A stretch of DNA of 64,000 nt from Candidatus Binatia bacterium (GCA_046757725.1 JBHHYU010000005.1:4947-68946), one strand, 5' to 3'. Shown: positions 51,453 through 63,296, counted from the first letter of the stretch. Numbers and translations: made by a program. The notes: generated by a model not told the origin, from the letters alone.

Positions 51453-51878
51453 ATGATTGAAAGAACACTATCCATTGTCAAACCGGATGCGGTAAGCAAG
51501 AGACTTATCGGCAAAATTTTAGGCCGCTTTGAAACCGTCGGCTTGAAGATCGTAGCTGCCAAGCTTACACGCCTGACTGTGGAACAGGCGCGAGCCTTCT
51601 ACGCTGTTCACAAAGAGCGTCCTTTCTATGGCAGCCTAACAGAGTACATGTCCTCTGGACCGATCATGGTCTCAGTTTTGGAAGGAGAAAGTGCGATTCT
51701 GAAAAACCGCGAAACCATGGGAGCCACTGACCCGGCCAAGGCGGTTCCTGGAACCATCCGCTATGATTGGGGGAGCGATGTAGAAAAAAACGCCGTTCAT
51801 GGTTCCGACGGGCCAGAAACCGCAGCATGGGAAATCTCTTTCTTCTTTAAGGGAGAGGAGATCTGCGGATCCATGTAA
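51453..51878 (+). CDS. ndk: Nucleoside-diphosphate kinase
   Basis: [12 protein letters not shown] and NAVHGSD (active-site His) motifs. Confidence 0.9.
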   Translation: MIERTLSIVKPDAVSKRLIGKILGRFETVGLKIVAAKLTRLTVEQARAFYAVHKERPFYGSLTEYMSSGPIMVSVLEGESAILKNRETMGATDPAKAVPGTIRYDWGSDVEKNAVHGSDGPETAAWEISFFFKGEEICGSM

Positions 51879-51914
51879 AGGATCTACGAATTAGGACCGG
51901 CCGTTGGAGGCTCG

Positions 51915-52985
51915 ATGGGGAAACCAAATATCAAAGACATCGAATCGGGCGAGTTAAACACATGGCTGACACAGCGTAAGGAACCTCTCTATCGGGCGGA
52001 TCAGATCCGAAGATGGATTTTTCAAAAAGGGGCGGTCGCGTTCAGTGAAATGACCAACCTATCACGCGGGCTGCAGGGCGCATTGGAAGAGGCGTTCTCG
52101 ATTAGTAGAATTGAAACTCTTCACCGTCGTTTGTCTGCAGATGGAACGGTCAAATTCCTCTTCGGTCTGGATGGCGATCCCGGTATCGAAAGCGTTCTAA
52201 TCCCGGAGACTAAACGGCTGACGCTGTGTCTATCCACCCAGGCGGGCTGCGGTTTCGGTTGTAGTTTTTGCGCTACGGGCAGGTTGGGCTTGAGGAGAAA
52301 CCTTCGGGCGAGCGAAATCCTCGATCAAATTTTGGAGGCAAAAAAAACAGTTGTCCCGGAAGGGAGAATAACCCATGCCGTTCTGATGGGGATGGGGGAA
52401 CCGCTGGCTAACTACGAACAAACGATAAAAGCATTGCGGATCATGACTGATGCGAGAGACGGGATGGGATTTTCACCGCGGCGGGTCACGGTTTCCACAG
52501 TAGGGCTGGTGCCTCAGATGAAAAGGCTCATGGAAGAAACCCACGTCAACCTTGCTGTTTCGCTGCACGCCACTACGGATGCATTACGCTCCCAACTCAT
52601 GCCTATAAACCGTAAATACCCTTTGAGAGAGCTCCTCAGTTGTTGTCGATCCCTTCCACTTGCAAGGCGGCGACGCGTCACTTTTGAATATGTGCTGCTC
52701 CGGGGAATCAATCACGCAGCGGAAGATTCCCGTCGCCTCGGCAAACTCTTAAACGGGATCCGCTGTAAAATCAATTTGATTCCCTTCAACCCTCATTCCG
52801 GCAGTCCTTACCGAAGGCCAACCAACGAAGAGATCGTAAGATTCCAGAATTCCTTAGGAGACCTCGGGCTTCAGGTCAATGTCCGGGAGTCAAGAGGAGA
52901 CGACATCCATGCCGCCTGTGGACAGCTGCAGGGAGAGTATTCCGTGGCCTCTAAAAATTTGATTCGAGTCGCAGGAGCGTGCTAA
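51915..52985 (+). CDS. rlmN: 23S rRNA/tRNA (adenine-C2)-methyltransferase RlmN (radical SAM)
   Basis: CGFGCSFCATG radical-SAM motif plus the conserved C-terminal Cys. Confidence 0.85.
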   Translation: MGKPNIKDIESGELNTWLTQRKEPLYRADQIRRWIFQKGAVAFSEMTNLSRGLQGALEEAFSISRIETLHRRLSADGTVKFLFGLDGDPGIESVLIPETKRLTLCLSTQAGCGFGCSFCATGRLGLRRNLRASEILDQILEAKKTVVPEGRITHAVLMGMGEPLANYEQTIKALRIMTDARDGMGFSPRRVTVSTVGLVPQMKRLMEETHVNLAVSLHATTDALRSQLMPINRKYPLRELLSCCRSLPLARRRRVTFEYVLLRGINHAAEDSRRLGKLLNGIRCKINLIPFNPHSGSPYRRPTNEEIVRFQNSLGDLGLQVNVRESRGDDIHAACGQLQGEYSVASKNLIRVAGAC

Positions 52986-52988
52986 AAA

Positions 52989-53855
52989 ATGCCGTCGGGA
53001 AAAGGGGTGGTCGGGGTTATAGGAGGAAGCGGTCTGTATCAAATCGCGGGACTGAAAAGAGTTCGCGAAATTCGCCTCAATACTCCATTTGGAAGGCCAT
53101 CGGCTGCCTACGTCAGGGGAACCCTAGATGGAACGGAACTGGTTTTTCTTCCGCGGCATGGAAAGGGACATCGCTGGCTCCCCACCGAGTTGAATTTTCG
53201 TGCTAATATCTTCGGTATGAAAAAGTTAGGGGTAGAACGCATTATTTCGGTCAGCGCCGTCGGAAGCCTTCGCAAAGGGATTGCTCCCGGCCACGTGGTC
53301 GTGCCGGACCAATTTATTGATCGAACGACACAACGGCACAGCACCTTTTTTGGCAATGGTATCGTAGCCCATGTCAGTTTGGCTGATCCTCTGTGCTTGG
53401 TGTTGTCGAAGGCTTTAATTCGCGGAGGCGAGGACGTGGGTGCAAAAATCCACACCGGCGGAACTTATCTCTGCATGGAGGGCCCTCAATTCTCCACCCG
53501 GGCCGAATCCAATCTCTATCGCAGCTGGGGAGCAGATGTGATCGGTATGACGAACTTGCAGGAGGCCAAATTGGCTCGGGAAGCAGAAATTTGTTTTGCC
53601 ACCTTAGCCCTGGCCACGGATTATGATTGCTGGAATCAGAAGGCAAGTGACGTAAAGATCGCTGAAGTGCTGGCCATCCTTAAGGCAAACGTTTTAAGGG
53701 CGCAGCAAATCATCCGTAAGGCTCTGGGCCATCTTCCCCCCGCACGTTCTTGCGACTGCACCATCGCGCTAAAGGATGCCATCGTTACCGACAAACGCAT
53801 GATTCCGAAAACGATCTGCAAGCACCTGAACCTGATCATAGGAAAATATCTATGA
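52989..53855 (+). CDS. mtnP: S-methyl-5'-thioadenosine phosphorylase (PNP/MTAP family)
   Basis: VIGGSGLY N-terminus and PNP/UDP phosphorylase fold. Confidence 0.75.
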   Translation: MPSGKGVVGVIGGSGLYQIAGLKRVREIRLNTPFGRPSAAYVRGTLDGTELVFLPRHGKGHRWLPTELNFRANIFGMKKLGVERIISVSAVGSLRKGIAPGHVVVPDQFIDRTTQRHSTFFGNGIVAHVSLADPLCLVLSKALIRGGEDVGAKIHTGGTYLCMEGPQFSTRAESNLYRSWGADVIGMTNLQEAKLAREAEICFATLALATDYDCWNQKASDVKIAEVLAILKANVLRAQQIIRKALGHLPPARSCDCTIALKDAIVTDKRMIPKTICKHLNLIIGKYL

Positions 53856-53880
53856 GAAATCCAAACGAGTCGGAGGGATC

Positions 53881-54792
53881 ATGGCTATGAGTATTTTGGT
53901 TGTCGGTACCGTAGCGTTCGATTCCATTGAGACGCCGCACGGATCTGCCGAGCGTGTGCTGGGAGGATCGGCGTCCTATTTTGCTGTAGCCGCAAGTTTT
54001 TTCGCACCAGTCGGTATTGTAGGGGTGATCGGCAACGATTTTCCAGAACACTACCTGAGGCTCTTGTCTCGACATCGTATAGATCTCGAAGGCCTCAGGA
54101 AAGACAGCGGAGATACCTTTCACTGGCGCGGCCGCTACCATGAAGATCTGAACGTGCGGGATACCCTTGAGCTGCATCTCAATGTTCTTTCGGGTTTTGT
54201 CCCGCAACTACCTGACCGTTACAGGGACGCAGAATATGTCTTTCTCGGTAATATCGACCCAGCTGTCCAAGTAAAAGTTCTCGACCAACTCAGAAAAGTC
54301 AGGCTGGTAGCCTGTGATACCATGGACCATTGGATTCACGAGAGCAACCGCGAACTGCGGAAGGTGTTGCAACGTACGGAAATCCTGGTGATTAATGACT
54401 CCGAGGCTCAATTGTTGAGCGGAGAACACAATATTGTACGAGCAGCCCGGTCCATTTTGAAAATGGGTCCCAAGGTCGTCCTGATCAAAAGGGGTGAATA
54501 CGGCGTCCTGAAGTTCTCGGAATCCTCGGTATTCGCCGCACCTGCCTATCCCCTGGAAGAGGTTTTTGATCCTACCGGTGCCGGGGATTCCTTCGCGGGA
54601 GGCTTTCTAGGTCACCTGGCTCGCTCCGGTGATCACAGCCAGAGAGGGCTTCGACAGGCCATTGTATGCGGCAGTGTGGTCGCCTCTTTCACGGTGGAGG
54701 ATTTTGGCCTGAATCGCTTGACCAAGCTCACCGCCGAACAGATTGAGGAAAGGTATCAGCGCTTTATCGAGCTGACGGACTTTCATACCTGA
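53881..54792 (+). CDS. PfkB-family carbohydrate/nucleoside kinase
   Basis: Ribokinase-like fold with the C-terminal DPTGAGDSFAGGF anion-hole motif. Confidence 0.6.
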   Translation: MAMSILVVGTVAFDSIETPHGSAERVLGGSASYFAVAASFFAPVGIVGVIGNDFPEHYLRLLSRHRIDLEGLRKDSGDTFHWRGRYHEDLNVRDTLELHLNVLSGFVPQLPDRYRDAEYVFLGNIDPAVQVKVLDQLRKVRLVACDTMDHWIHESNRELRKVLQRTEILVINDSEAQLLSGEHNIVRAARSILKMGPKVVLIKRGEYGVLKFSESSVFAAPAYPLEEVFDPTGAGDSFAGGFLGHLARSGDHSQRGLRQAIVCGSVVASFTVEDFGLNRLTKLTAEQIEERYQRFIELTDFHT

Positions 54793-54796
54793 AGCC

Positions 54797-55750
54797 ATGG
54801 ACTTATCTGTTGTTGTACCGGTCTACAACGAAGCAGAGTGCCTGGAGCCGCTTATCCGAGAGGCAGGCACGGTGCTGAACTCCCTGGGCCAGGATTATGA
54901 GCTTATCTTCGTGGATGATGGCAGCACCGATGCGACTTACTCCATCCTCTCCCGGTTCCAGGCAAAAGAACCGCGAATTAAGGTGCTGCAGTTGAGGCGG
55001 AATTTTGGTCAGACACCGGCATTTGCTGCAGGGTTTGACTATGCCCGAGGTGACATCATCATACCGATGGACGGGGATGGACAGAACGACCCGAAGGATA
55101 TTCCTTTGCTGCTCGATAAAATTGCAGCAGGGTTTGATCTGGTGAGCGGATGGCGTTCCCCCCGACAAGATCCCTTTTGGAGCCGCAGGCTTCCCTCCGT
55201 GATGGCCAACCGCCTCATCTCCTGGCTGACCAGGGTAAAACTTCATGACTACGGTTGCACCCTAAAAGCCATCCGATGCAACGTCGCCAAGGAGATTAAA
55301 CTCTACGGCGAGATGCATCGTTTTATCCCGGCGATCGCCTATGAGCGAGGTGCACGAATTGCTGAGATCAAAGTGCATCACCGGCCCCGTAAATCGGGGC
55401 AATCTAAGTACGGGATCAGTCGAACCTTTCGCGTCGTTCTTGACCTGTTGACGGTAAAGTTTCTGCTTAACTATGCCACACGCCCTTTACACATCTTTGG
55501 TCTTCTGGGCCTCCTGAGTGGCGGAGCCGGTTTCGTTATCGGCGTTTATCTCACCACTCAGAAGCTGCTTTACGGATCAGACATTGGAGGTCGCCCTCTA
55601 CTTTTGCTGGCCGTCCTTTTAATCTTCATCGGTTTTCAGTTTATCACAATGGGACTACTCGGTGAGATGCTGGCACGAACCTACCACGAATCGCAAAACA
55701 AACCGATCTATTCTGTGAAAAACATCCTTGATGAAAGGGAACCTAAATGA
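54797..55750 (+). CDS. Family 2 glycosyltransferase (polyprenyl-phosphate sugar transferase; ArnC/DPM1-like) with C-terminal transmembrane helices
   Basis: LSVVVPVYNE, DDGSTD and DGDGQND motifs. Two C-terminal transmembrane segments. Confidence 0.7.
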   Translation: MDLSVVVPVYNEAECLEPLIREAGTVLNSLGQDYELIFVDDGSTDATYSILSRFQAKEPRIKVLQLRRNFGQTPAFAAGFDYARGDIIIPMDGDGQNDPKDIPLLLDKIAAGFDLVSGWRSPRQDPFWSRRLPSVMANRLISWLTRVKLHDYGCTLKAIRCNVAKEIKLYGEMHRFIPAIAYERGARIAEIKVHHRPRKSGQSKYGISRTFRVVLDLLTVKFLLNYATRPLHIFGLLGLLSGGAGFVIGVYLTTQKLLYGSDIGGRPLLLLAVLLIFIGFQFITMGLLGEMLARTYHESQNKPIYSVKNILDEREPK

Positions 55751-57051
55751 ACATCGCTATGATCGGAACCGGCTATGTAGGGCTGGTGACGGGGACTTGC
55801 TTTGCAGAAACGGGCAACGATGTGACCTGTGTAGATATCGACCAGACAAAAATCCTGGCTCTTAAGGCAGGAAAACTCCCTATCTACGAGCCCGGGTTGT
55901 TAGAGCTGGTCCGACGCAATACGGAGGAGGGGCGCCTTACCTTCACTATGGATTTGGGTATAGCGGTGGAGGATTCGAGCCTCGTATTTATTGCTGTTGG
56001 GACTCCCCCGCTCCTGGACGGCAAGGCCGATATCAAACAGGTCCTGCAAACCGCCAGAGGCATAGCCCGGGCTATGAATGGTTATAAAGTTATTGTGACG
56101 AAAAGTACCGTACCGGTAGGCACGGCGGAAAAAATCGGAGGGGTCGTTTCAAAAAACACGCACCATCCGTTCGCTGTGCTGTCCAATCCGGAGTTTTTGA
56201 AGGAAGGGGCGGCGGTTGAAGATTTCATGAAACCGGATCGCGTGATTCTAGGTGGTGACGACCCTCATGCCATCAAAGCCTTAAAGGAACTCTATGAACC
56301 ATTCCTGCGAACCGGAAATCCGCTTCTCACCATGGATGTGCGCAGCGCAGAAATGAGCAAGTACGCCGCCAACGCTATGCTTGCGACCAAGATATCTTTT
56401 ATTAATGAAGTCTCCAACCTGTGCGAAACGGTTCGAGCCGATGTTCGTGAAGTTCGCCGCGCCATCGCTCTGGATCGTCGCATCGGCCCCCATTTTATCT
56501 TTCCCGGCATAGGTTACGGAGGATCCTGTTTCCCTAAGGACGTTCGGGCGATGATTGCGATGGAGGAGCAGGATTCCGGTATGAGGCTGCTCCGAGCGGT
56601 CGAACAGGTAAACGAAATTCAAAAGGCAGCTTTGGTGAAAAAAGTTATCCGCCATTTCGGTCCGAATCTATCCGGCCTCACCTTTGCCCTCTGGGGCCTT
56701 GCTTTCAAGCCGCGCACGGACGATATGAGAGAGGCCCCCGCGATCACGGTGATAGAATCCCTCCTTCAATCCGGCGCCTGTATTCAAGCCTATGACCCGG
56801 AGGCAATGGAAGAGGCCAGGAAAATCTTCGGGAACCGGATTTCTTACGCCGGGCGTAACTACGAAGCGCTAGACGGAGCCTCAGCACTCTTGGTCTTAAC
56901 CGAATGGAACGAATTTCGTCGACCAAATTTTGAGCGTGTCAAAGGACTGCTTAAAGATCCTGTTATTTTTGACGGTCGCAATATTTATGAACCCCTGGAA
57001 CTAACTAAAATGGGCTTCACGTATTACTCCATGGGAAGAAACAATGGCTAG
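55747..57051 (+). CDS. ugd: UDP-glucose 6-dehydrogenase
   Basis: [14 protein letters not shown] Rossmann N-terminus and catalytic Cys region GGSCFPKD. Confidence 0.85.
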   Translation: MNIAMIGTGYVGLVTGTCFAETGNDVTCVDIDQTKILALKAGKLPIYEPGLLELVRRNTEEGRLTFTMDLGIAVEDSSLVFIAVGTPPLLDGKADIKQVLQTARGIARAMNGYKVIVTKSTVPVGTAEKIGGVVSKNTHHPFAVLSNPEFLKEGAAVEDFMKPDRVILGGDDPHAIKALKELYEPFLRTGNPLLTMDVRSAEMSKYAANAMLATKISFINEVSNLCETVRADVREVRRAIALDRRIGPHFIFPGIGYGGSCFPKDVRAMIAMEEQDSGMRLLRAVEQVNEIQKAALVKKVIRHFGPNLSGLTFALWGLAFKPRTDDMREAPAITVIESLLQSGACIQAYDPEAMEEARKIFGNRISYAGRNYEALDGASALLVLTEWNEFRRPNFERVKGLLKDPVIFDGRNIYEPLELTKMGFTYYSMGRNNG

Positions 57052-57982
57052 GGTTCTGATAACAGGCGGGGCGGGTTTTATCGGCTCGCATCTTTGTGAG
57101 AGTTTCCTCAGGCGTGGGGACCAGGTCATCTGTATGGATAACTTTTCGACCGGTAGCCCGGAAAACACGGCTCGTTTCTCATCCCATCCCCGATTCGCCT
57201 TTGTCCAACAGGATGTAAGTCGTTTTATCGAGGTGGGCGGCCCGCTAGATATGATTTTGCATTTTGCCTCTCCGGCGAGCCCCGTGGATTACCTGGAACT
57301 TCCCATCCCGACCCTAAAGGTCGGCTCCCTTGGCACGCATAATGCCCTGGGCCTGGCCAAGGCCAAGAAGGCCCTCTTTCTCCTCGCATCCACCTCAGAG
57401 GTCTATGGGGACCCGTTGGTTCGACCTCAGAGGGAGGACTACTGGGGGAACGTGAACCCGGTTGGGCCTCGTGGCGTCTATGACGAAGCAAAGCGTTTTG
57501 CGGAGGCACTGACGATGGCCTATCATCGATATCACAGCCTGAACACTCGAATTGTTCGTATCTTTAATACCTATGGTCCCCGTATGAGAATAGCGGACGG
57601 CCGGGTGGTGCCGAGCTTTATCAGTCAAGCCTTAAGGAAAGAGCCTCTCACCGTTTATGGCAAGGGAAGTCAGACTCGCAGTTTTCTCTACGTTGACGAT
57701 CTTATCCAAGGTTTGGTGAAACTTATCGAATCAGATCATCACCTTCCTGTTAATTTAGGAAACCCACATGAGATGACCGTTTTAGATTTTGCTAAAAAAA
57801 TTTTGGGACTGACCGGATCGAAAAGCCCTATCGCTTTCCGCCCTCTGCCACAGGACGACCCCCAGGTACGTCAGCCTGATATCGCTAAGGCGAGAGAACT
57901 CCTAGGTTGGGAGCCGAAAGTCCAGCTCGAACATGGCCTGAATCAAACCATCGAATATTTTCGAGAACGGTTGGAAGGTTAA
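57044..57982 (+). CDS. UDP-glucuronate decarboxylase (UDP-xylose synthase / ArnA-decarboxylase-like SDR)
   Basis: [14 protein letters not shown] and the YxxxK region (YDEAKRFAE). Directly downstream of ugd. Confidence 0.65.
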   Translation: MARVLITGGAGFIGSHLCESFLRRGDQVICMDNFSTGSPENTARFSSHPRFAFVQQDVSRFIEVGGPLDMILHFASPASPVDYLELPIPTLKVGSLGTHNALGLAKAKKALFLLASTSEVYGDPLVRPQREDYWGNVNPVGPRGVYDEAKRFAEALTMAYHRYHSLNTRIVRIFNTYGPRMRIADGRVVPSFISQALRKEPLTVYGKGSQTRSFLYVDDLIQGLVKLIESDHHLPVNLGNPHEMTVLDFAKKILGLTGSKSPIAFRPLPQDDPQVRQPDIAKARELLGWEPKVQLEHGLNQTIEYFRERLEG

Positions 57983-57987
57983 TCCGC

Positions 57988-58914
57988 ATGAGGATAGTCG
58001 TTACCGGTGGAGCAGGATTTATCGCATCGCATATTGTAGATGCGTATGTCGCAAAAGGTCATGAGGTTTTTGTCATCGATGATTTGTCCAGCGGATCGCG
58101 GAAAAACGTGAACAGACGAGCAATGTTTTATCACATGGACATCTGCGACCCGGCGGTTTCAAAACTGTTGTCTGACATCTCCCCAGATGTCCTCAACCAC
58201 CATGCGGCCCAAATGGACTTACGCCGTTCGGTTGCGGATCCTCTGTTCGATGCTCGAATCAACATACTTGGTTTTCTTAACCTGCTGGAAAACTGCAAGC
58301 GTACAGGAATCAAAAAGGTCATCTATGCTTCATCGGGCGGGGTTGTCTATGGGGAGCAGGGGATCTTTCCTGCCGCAGAGAATCATCCCAGGTCACCGTT
58401 GAGCCCTTATGGGGTAAGCAAACTGACCGGGGAACAATACCTAGTCTACTATCACAAAAACTTCGGCCTTTCCTACAGCGGGCTACGCTACGCGAACATC
58501 TATGGGCCTAGACAGTCCAGCATCGGTGAGGCTGGGGTTATCGCTATATTTATCGGCCGGCTTCTGGCCGGAAAGGCACCGCTCATCAACGGTGATGGTA
58601 AGCAAACTCGAGACTACGTCTTTGTGGAGGATGTCGTAGCAGCCAACGTGCTGGCACTGGATTCCCACTACGTTGGATACCTGAATATAGGCACTGGGCA
58701 GGAGACAGATGTCCTGACGCTCTTTAATTTCCTCCGGGATAAAATTGGGAGCAAGGTCGAGGCGATCCATGGTCCGGCCAAGGCCGGAGAACAGAGGCGG
58801 AGTTCTCTAGATGCGTCCTTGGCTGCCAAGGTGCTGGGATGGATCCCTCAAACCCGGCTGGAAAGTGGACTGGAGAAAACCATCGCCTACTATCGTGAGG
58901 CGCTTCGCCCATGA
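57988..58914 (+). CDS. NAD-dependent sugar-nucleotide epimerase/dehydratase (GalE-like SDR)
   Basis: [18 protein letters not shown]-terminus and YGVSKLTGE catalytic motif. The start was set at the internal ATG. Confidence 0.7.
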   Translation: MRIVVTGGAGFIASHIVDAYVAKGHEVFVIDDLSSGSRKNVNRRAMFYHMDICDPAVSKLLSDISPDVLNHHAAQMDLRRSVADPLFDARINILGFLNLLENCKRTGIKKVIYASSGGVVYGEQGIFPAAENHPRSPLSPYGVSKLTGEQYLVYYHKNFGLSYSGLRYANIYGPRQSSIGEAGVIAIFIGRLLAGKAPLINGDGKQTRDYVFVEDVVAANVLALDSHYVGYLNIGTGQETDVLTLFNFLRDKIGSKVEAIHGPAKAGEQRRSSLDASLAAKVLGWIPQTRLESGLEKTIAYYREALRP

Positions 58915-60707
58915 GGCCTCAGCAGGTTAGAAACTTTTCCATCATTGCGCACATCGACCACGGTAAATCGACCTTGGCAGACCGTCTGCTGGAATTCACA
59001 GGCGCAGTGAGCGAACGAGAACGGGCGAATCAGTTCCTCGACAGCATGGACCTCGAGAGAGAGCGGGGTATTACCATTAAGGCCAGCCCGGTTCGTCTAT
59101 GCTATCGGTCAAGGAACGGAACAGAGTATCTCTTGAATCTTATCGACACACCGGGACATGTGGATTTTACTTATGAGGTTTCTAGAAGTCTAGCGGCATG
59201 CGAGGGGGCCCTCTTGGTTGTGGATGCAGCCCAGGGGGTTGAAGCCCAGACGGTAGCCAATGTTTACATGGCCCTGGATCACGGGTTAACAATTGTTCCG
59301 GTTATCAATAAGATCGACCTTCCTAGCGCGGACCCTGAGCGTGTCAGGAATGAGATCGAGGATATCATCGGTCTGGACGCCACTGAGGCTATTTTGGCCA
59401 GTGCCAAAGAGGGCAAAGGAACCGAGGCGATCCTCGAGGCGGTTGTGAATCATTTTCCGGCGCCGCAAGGGAATCCGGCCGATGCGTTACGTGCTTTGAT
59501 ATTCGACAGTTGGTTTGACCCTTACCATGGAGCTGTTGTGATGATACGCCTATTTGACGGGGTTGTCCGGAAGGGAATGCGCATCCGCTTGATGTCGAGC
59601 AACAAGGTCTTTGAGGTTACCCGGCTGGGCATCTTTTCTCCCGGGCCCGTAGAAATCACTGAGATGCAAGCGGGCGACGTTGGTTTCCTAATGGCTGGGA
59701 TTAAAGAAATACGAGAGGCCCGTATTGGGGATACCATCACTACTGCTGAAACTACACCGGCGATACAACCGCTATCAGGATTTAAGGCAATGAAGCCAAT
59801 GGTTTTTAGCGGCCTTTACACGGCTGATTCCGCACAGTACCCGGCCTTAAGAGACGCACTGGAGAAGCTGAGCCTTAATGATCCTGCGTTCACCTTTGAA
59901 CCGGAAAGCTCCCAGGCCCTGGGTTTTGGATTTCGTTGTGGCTTCCTTGGTTTATTGCATCTGGATATCGTCCGGGAGAGATTGGAACGGGAATTTGGCC
60001 TGAGCCTGATTACCACCGCGCCGACAGTTATCTACCGGATCATCAAACACCGGGGTGGAGCCGTCCTTATTGACAATCCCGTAAAACTTCCCGCATCCTC
60101 CGACATTAAAAAGATCGAAGAGCCGGTGATCCTTGCAACCATTCATCTCCCGCAGGAATTTCTCGGAGGCGTATTAACACTATGTGAAGAAAAAAGGGGC
60201 ATCCAAAAGGAGATTCGCTATCTCGGACCCAAGAGGGTCATGCTGCTCTATGAACTGCCACTCAGCGAAATCGTTGTGGATTTTTATGATCGATTGAAAT
60301 CGGTCAGTCGCGGTTATGCCTCCATGGATTACGAAGTGGCGGATCGCCGATCTTCAGATCTGGTAAAATTAGATGTCCGTATCAACGGAGATGTCGTGGA
60401 TGCCATGTCCATGATCATTCATCGGGAGAGGGCTTACCAACGGGGCCGGGATCTTGTCCAACGCATGCGCGCACTCATTCCCCGGCAACTTTTTGAAGTG
60501 GTCATTCAAGCTGCAGTGGGTAGCCGTATCATTGCGCGGGAGAGTGTCAAACCAATCAGGAAAAACGTCACGGCAAAATGTTACGGTGGTGATATCACTC
60601 GGAAACGTAAGCTCCTGGAAAAACAGAAAGAGGGAAAAAAGAGAATGAAGCAAGTGGGAAGGGTGGAGATACCCCAGGAGGCCTTTCTAGCTGCCCTCAA
60701 AGTGTAA
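58911..60707 (+). CDS. lepA: Elongation factor 4 (LepA)
   Basis: [16 protein letters not shown] and NKID GTPase motifs plus the LepA C-terminal domain. Confidence 0.9.
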   Translation: MRPQQVRNFSIIAHIDHGKSTLADRLLEFTGAVSERERANQFLDSMDLERERGITIKASPVRLCYRSRNGTEYLLNLIDTPGHVDFTYEVSRSLAACEGALLVVDAAQGVEAQTVANVYMALDHGLTIVPVINKIDLPSADPERVRNEIEDIIGLDATEAILASAKEGKGTEAILEAVVNHFPAPQGNPADALRALIFDSWFDPYHGAVVMIRLFDGVVRKGMRIRLMSSNKVFEVTRLGIFSPGPVEITEMQAGDVGFLMAGIKEIREARIGDTITTAETTPAIQPLSGFKAMKPMVFSGLYTADSAQYPALRDALEKLSLNDPAFTFEPESSQALGFGFRCGFLGLLHLDIVRERLEREFGLSLITTAPTVIYRIIKHRGGAVLIDNPVKLPASSDIKKIEEPVILATIHLPQEFLGGVLTLCEEKRGIQKEIRYLGPKRVMLLYELPLSEIVVDFYDRLKSVSRGYASMDYEVADRRSSDLVKLDVRINGDVVDAMSMIIHRERAYQRGRDLVQRMRALIPRQLFEVVIQAAVGSRIIARESVKPIRKNVTAKCYGGDITRKRKLLEKQKEGKKRMKQVGRVEIPQEAFLAALKV

Positions 60708-60734
60708 GACTCTAAGAGAGGATAGTACGAGATC

Positions 60735-61355
60735 ATGGAAGTGAACCGAAAACAGAAATCAACCGTTCGTGAGTATGTCGAAGTGATCGGCATGGCTCTC
60801 TTTCTGGCCCTTTTTATCCGGACCTTCATTGTGCAGGCGTTCAAGATTCCTTCCGGCTCCATGATCCCGACTCTCCAGATTGGAGACCATATTTTGGTGA
60901 ACAAGATGCAATACGGAATTCGTATTCCGTTCTGGGGTGAGTATATATGGGAATACAAGAAACCCAAGCGGGGCGACGTTGTGGTTTTTATTTTCCCGAA
61001 GGACCATTCTAAAGATTTCATTAAGCGGGTGATCGGCGTCGGTGGCGATCTTGTGGAAGTCCGCAATGGAAAGGTCTATATCAACAACGTTGTGATTAAT
61101 GATCCGCATGCCTATTTTGAAACTGCTGAGTCGCCGGCCAACGGATACCAAATGAATGGGGATTACGGCCCGAAGCGGGTGCCAAAAGACCACATATTTG
61201 TCATGGGGGATAATCGGAACAAAAGCTATGACAGCCGTTACTGGGGCTACGTTGACCTTCAAGCTGTTAAGGGTAAGGCCTTCATCGTCTACTGGTCTTG
61301 GGATTGGCAGGACCATTGGGCCCGCTGGGGACGCATCGGCCATGTGATTCATTGA
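60735..61355 (+). CDS. lepB: Signal peptidase I
   Basis: GSMIPTL (catalytic Ser), KRVIG (Lys) and GDNRNKSYDSRYWG motifs. Confidence 0.85.
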   Translation: MEVNRKQKSTVREYVEVIGMALFLALFIRTFIVQAFKIPSGSMIPTLQIGDHILVNKMQYGIRIPFWGEYIWEYKKPKRGDVVVFIFPKDHSKDFIKRVIGVGGDLVEVRNGKVYINNVVINDPHAYFETAESPANGYQMNGDYGPKRVPKDHIFVMGDNRNKSYDSRYWGYVDLQAVKGKAFIVYWSWDWQDHWARWGRIGHVIH

Positions 61356-61369
61356 TCTAGTTTTAAAAT

Positions 61370-62437
61370 ATGCGTTACCGTGATGTAGGAGTTTTGTTCT
61401 GTGACCGTGAGCGGGCGACTCCCGGTTTCACCCTAATCGTTCCACTTTCTGAGAAAGCTGCCTATCTTATCGGTCTTCGTGGAGAAGTGCTTCATAAGTG
61501 GGCTTTCCCGCTCACACCGGGAAACTATGCTTATCTGCTTCGAAATGGCAACCTTCTTTGGGCCGGTCGTACTTCAGATGGCCCTCCTTTACGAAGTGGT
61601 AAAGGGGGACTACTTCGTGAAGTTGATTGGCAAGGAAGGGTCGTGTGGGAGTACCGCGATCCGGTCCAGCACCACGATTTCCGAAGACTGGCAAACGGCA
61701 ATACCATCTACCTTGGATGGGATACCATGCCACCTCAGATCTCGCTGCAGGTAAAAGGAGGGCGCCCGGGCACGGAAAGGGAAGGGGTGATCTATAGCGA
61801 TTATATACGAGAGATTACGCCTCAAGGCGAGACGGCATGGGAATGGCATGCCTTCTCAGACATGGAGGTGGAGCGCTACGAATTGTGTCCTTCCTGCAGG
61901 CGGGATGAATTCGCCCACGCTAATGCGTGCACGCCCCTGGATGATGGAAGTGTTCTGATAAGTTTTCGAAAGTTGAATCTCATTGCGACTATCGATCGAA
62001 AGAGCCGCCGGTTCCGTTGGGAGATGCGGGACGACTCCTGGGGTCACCAGCACGACTGCACGCTGCTTCCAAACGGGAATATTCTACTATTCGCTAATGG
62101 TATCCATACGGCAACAAACCCCCATTCTCGGGTGATCGAGGTCGATCCCCATACCGGGCAAAAACAATGGGAATATCAAGGTTCCCCCCTCTGGACATTC
62201 TTCAGCGCGTCCCTTAGCGGGGCGCAGCGGTTTCCGAACGGGAACACTCTGATCTGTGAAGGGCAAATGGGACGGGTTTTTGAGGTGACAGCTGGTGGAG
62301 AGATCGTTTGGGAGTATATATGTCCGTTCTTTGCGCCCTATCAAGGGGCTGGGCCGGCCAATAGTCTTTTTCGTGCTTACCGGTATGGTCCGGATTCTCC
62401 AGAGATCGGCGGGCGTCTAGCCAGTCCCGTCGGGTGA
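61370..62437 (+). CDS. Arylsulfotransferase-like beta-propeller protein (Arylsulfotran_2-like)
   Basis: Repeated NGN/WEY blades and an HHD motif reminiscent of ASST. No signal peptide. Confidence 0.45.
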   Translation: MRYRDVGVLFCDRERATPGFTLIVPLSEKAAYLIGLRGEVLHKWAFPLTPGNYAYLLRNGNLLWAGRTSDGPPLRSGKGGLLREVDWQGRVVWEYRDPVQHHDFRRLANGNTIYLGWDTMPPQISLQVKGGRPGTEREGVIYSDYIREITPQGETAWEWHAFSDMEVERYELCPSCRRDEFAHANACTPLDDGSVLISFRKLNLIATIDRKSRRFRWEMRDDSWGHQHDCTLLPNGNILLFANGIHTATNPHSRVIEVDPHTGQKQWEYQGSPLWTFFSASLSGAQRFPNGNTLICEGQMGRVFEVTAGGEIVWEYICPFFAPYQGAGPANSLFRAYRYGPDSPEIGGRLASPVG

Positions 62438-62504
62438 TAATGTAACGAAGAACCATCGAAGCAACCAGGCGATTTCGGACAGAATTCGCCGGAAGGACGT
62501 ATAC

Positions 62505-63296
62505 ATGGAAATTTGTTTTCTTGGTACCGGTAGTCCATTTCCCGACCCTGAACGGGGTAGTTCGGCTATTCTGGTGGATGTGGGCTCAGCAAGAATTCTC
62601 TTGGATTGCGGACGTGGCTGCGTCCAGCAGATGGCGCGTGTCGGAGTCCCTCCGGCGACCATTACGCATTGTTTTTTGACCCATGCTCATTATGATCACG
62701 TGGCCGACTATGCCTTGCTTGTGCTGACCTCCTGGCGATTTGGGCGGAGCCACAAGCTCCAGGTGTACGGTCCCCCAGGTACACAAGCCATGTCGGATGC
62801 CCTATTTAACGAAGCTTACAAGATAGATATTGCCGCGCGTACGGCCTTACGGAAGAAAGGAGCGCAGGGTGATATCGCCATCCATGTCACGGAAATGCGG
62901 AACGGAGATACAGTAAAGGGTGAGGGGTGGAGTCTGCGAACCGCTGAAGTCGTGCATTGGCCCATACCGATATCCTTGGGATTCCTTTTGGAAGGCGACG
63001 GCAAGCGGATTTTTTTTACCGGGGATACCGCCCCTTGCGACGCGGTGAGAGAACTCGCCTTAGGGGTGGATCTCCTTATCCATGAAGCTATGTATTTTCC
63101 ACCGGAATCGGATCATTATCGAAGTCACAGCCATCCAGTATCTGTCGGAGAGATCGCTCATCAGGCCGAGGTAAAGCAGCTGGTGCTGACACACCTACAG
63201 CCGGGGATAAAAGAGCAAAGGCTCCTCAATGATGCCGGTGCGTCCTTTAAGCGCACGATCACGATAGCAACCGATCAGCTCCGTCTTGTGGTGTAG
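62505..63296 (+). CDS. MBL-fold metallo-hydrolase
   Basis: THAHYDH metal-binding motif, 263 aa. Confidence 0.7.
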   Translation: MEICFLGTGSPFPDPERGSSAILVDVGSARILLDCGRGCVQQMARVGVPPATITHCFLTHAHYDHVADYALLVLTSWRFGRSHKLQVYGPPGTQAMSDALFNEAYKIDIAARTALRKKGAQGDIAIHVTEMRNGDTVKGEGWSLRTAEVVHWPIPISLGFLLEGDGKRIFFTGDTAPCDAVRELALGVDLLIHEAMYFPPESDHYRSHSHPVSVGEIAHQAEVKQLVLTHLQPGIKEQRLLNDAGASFKRTITIATDQLRLVV

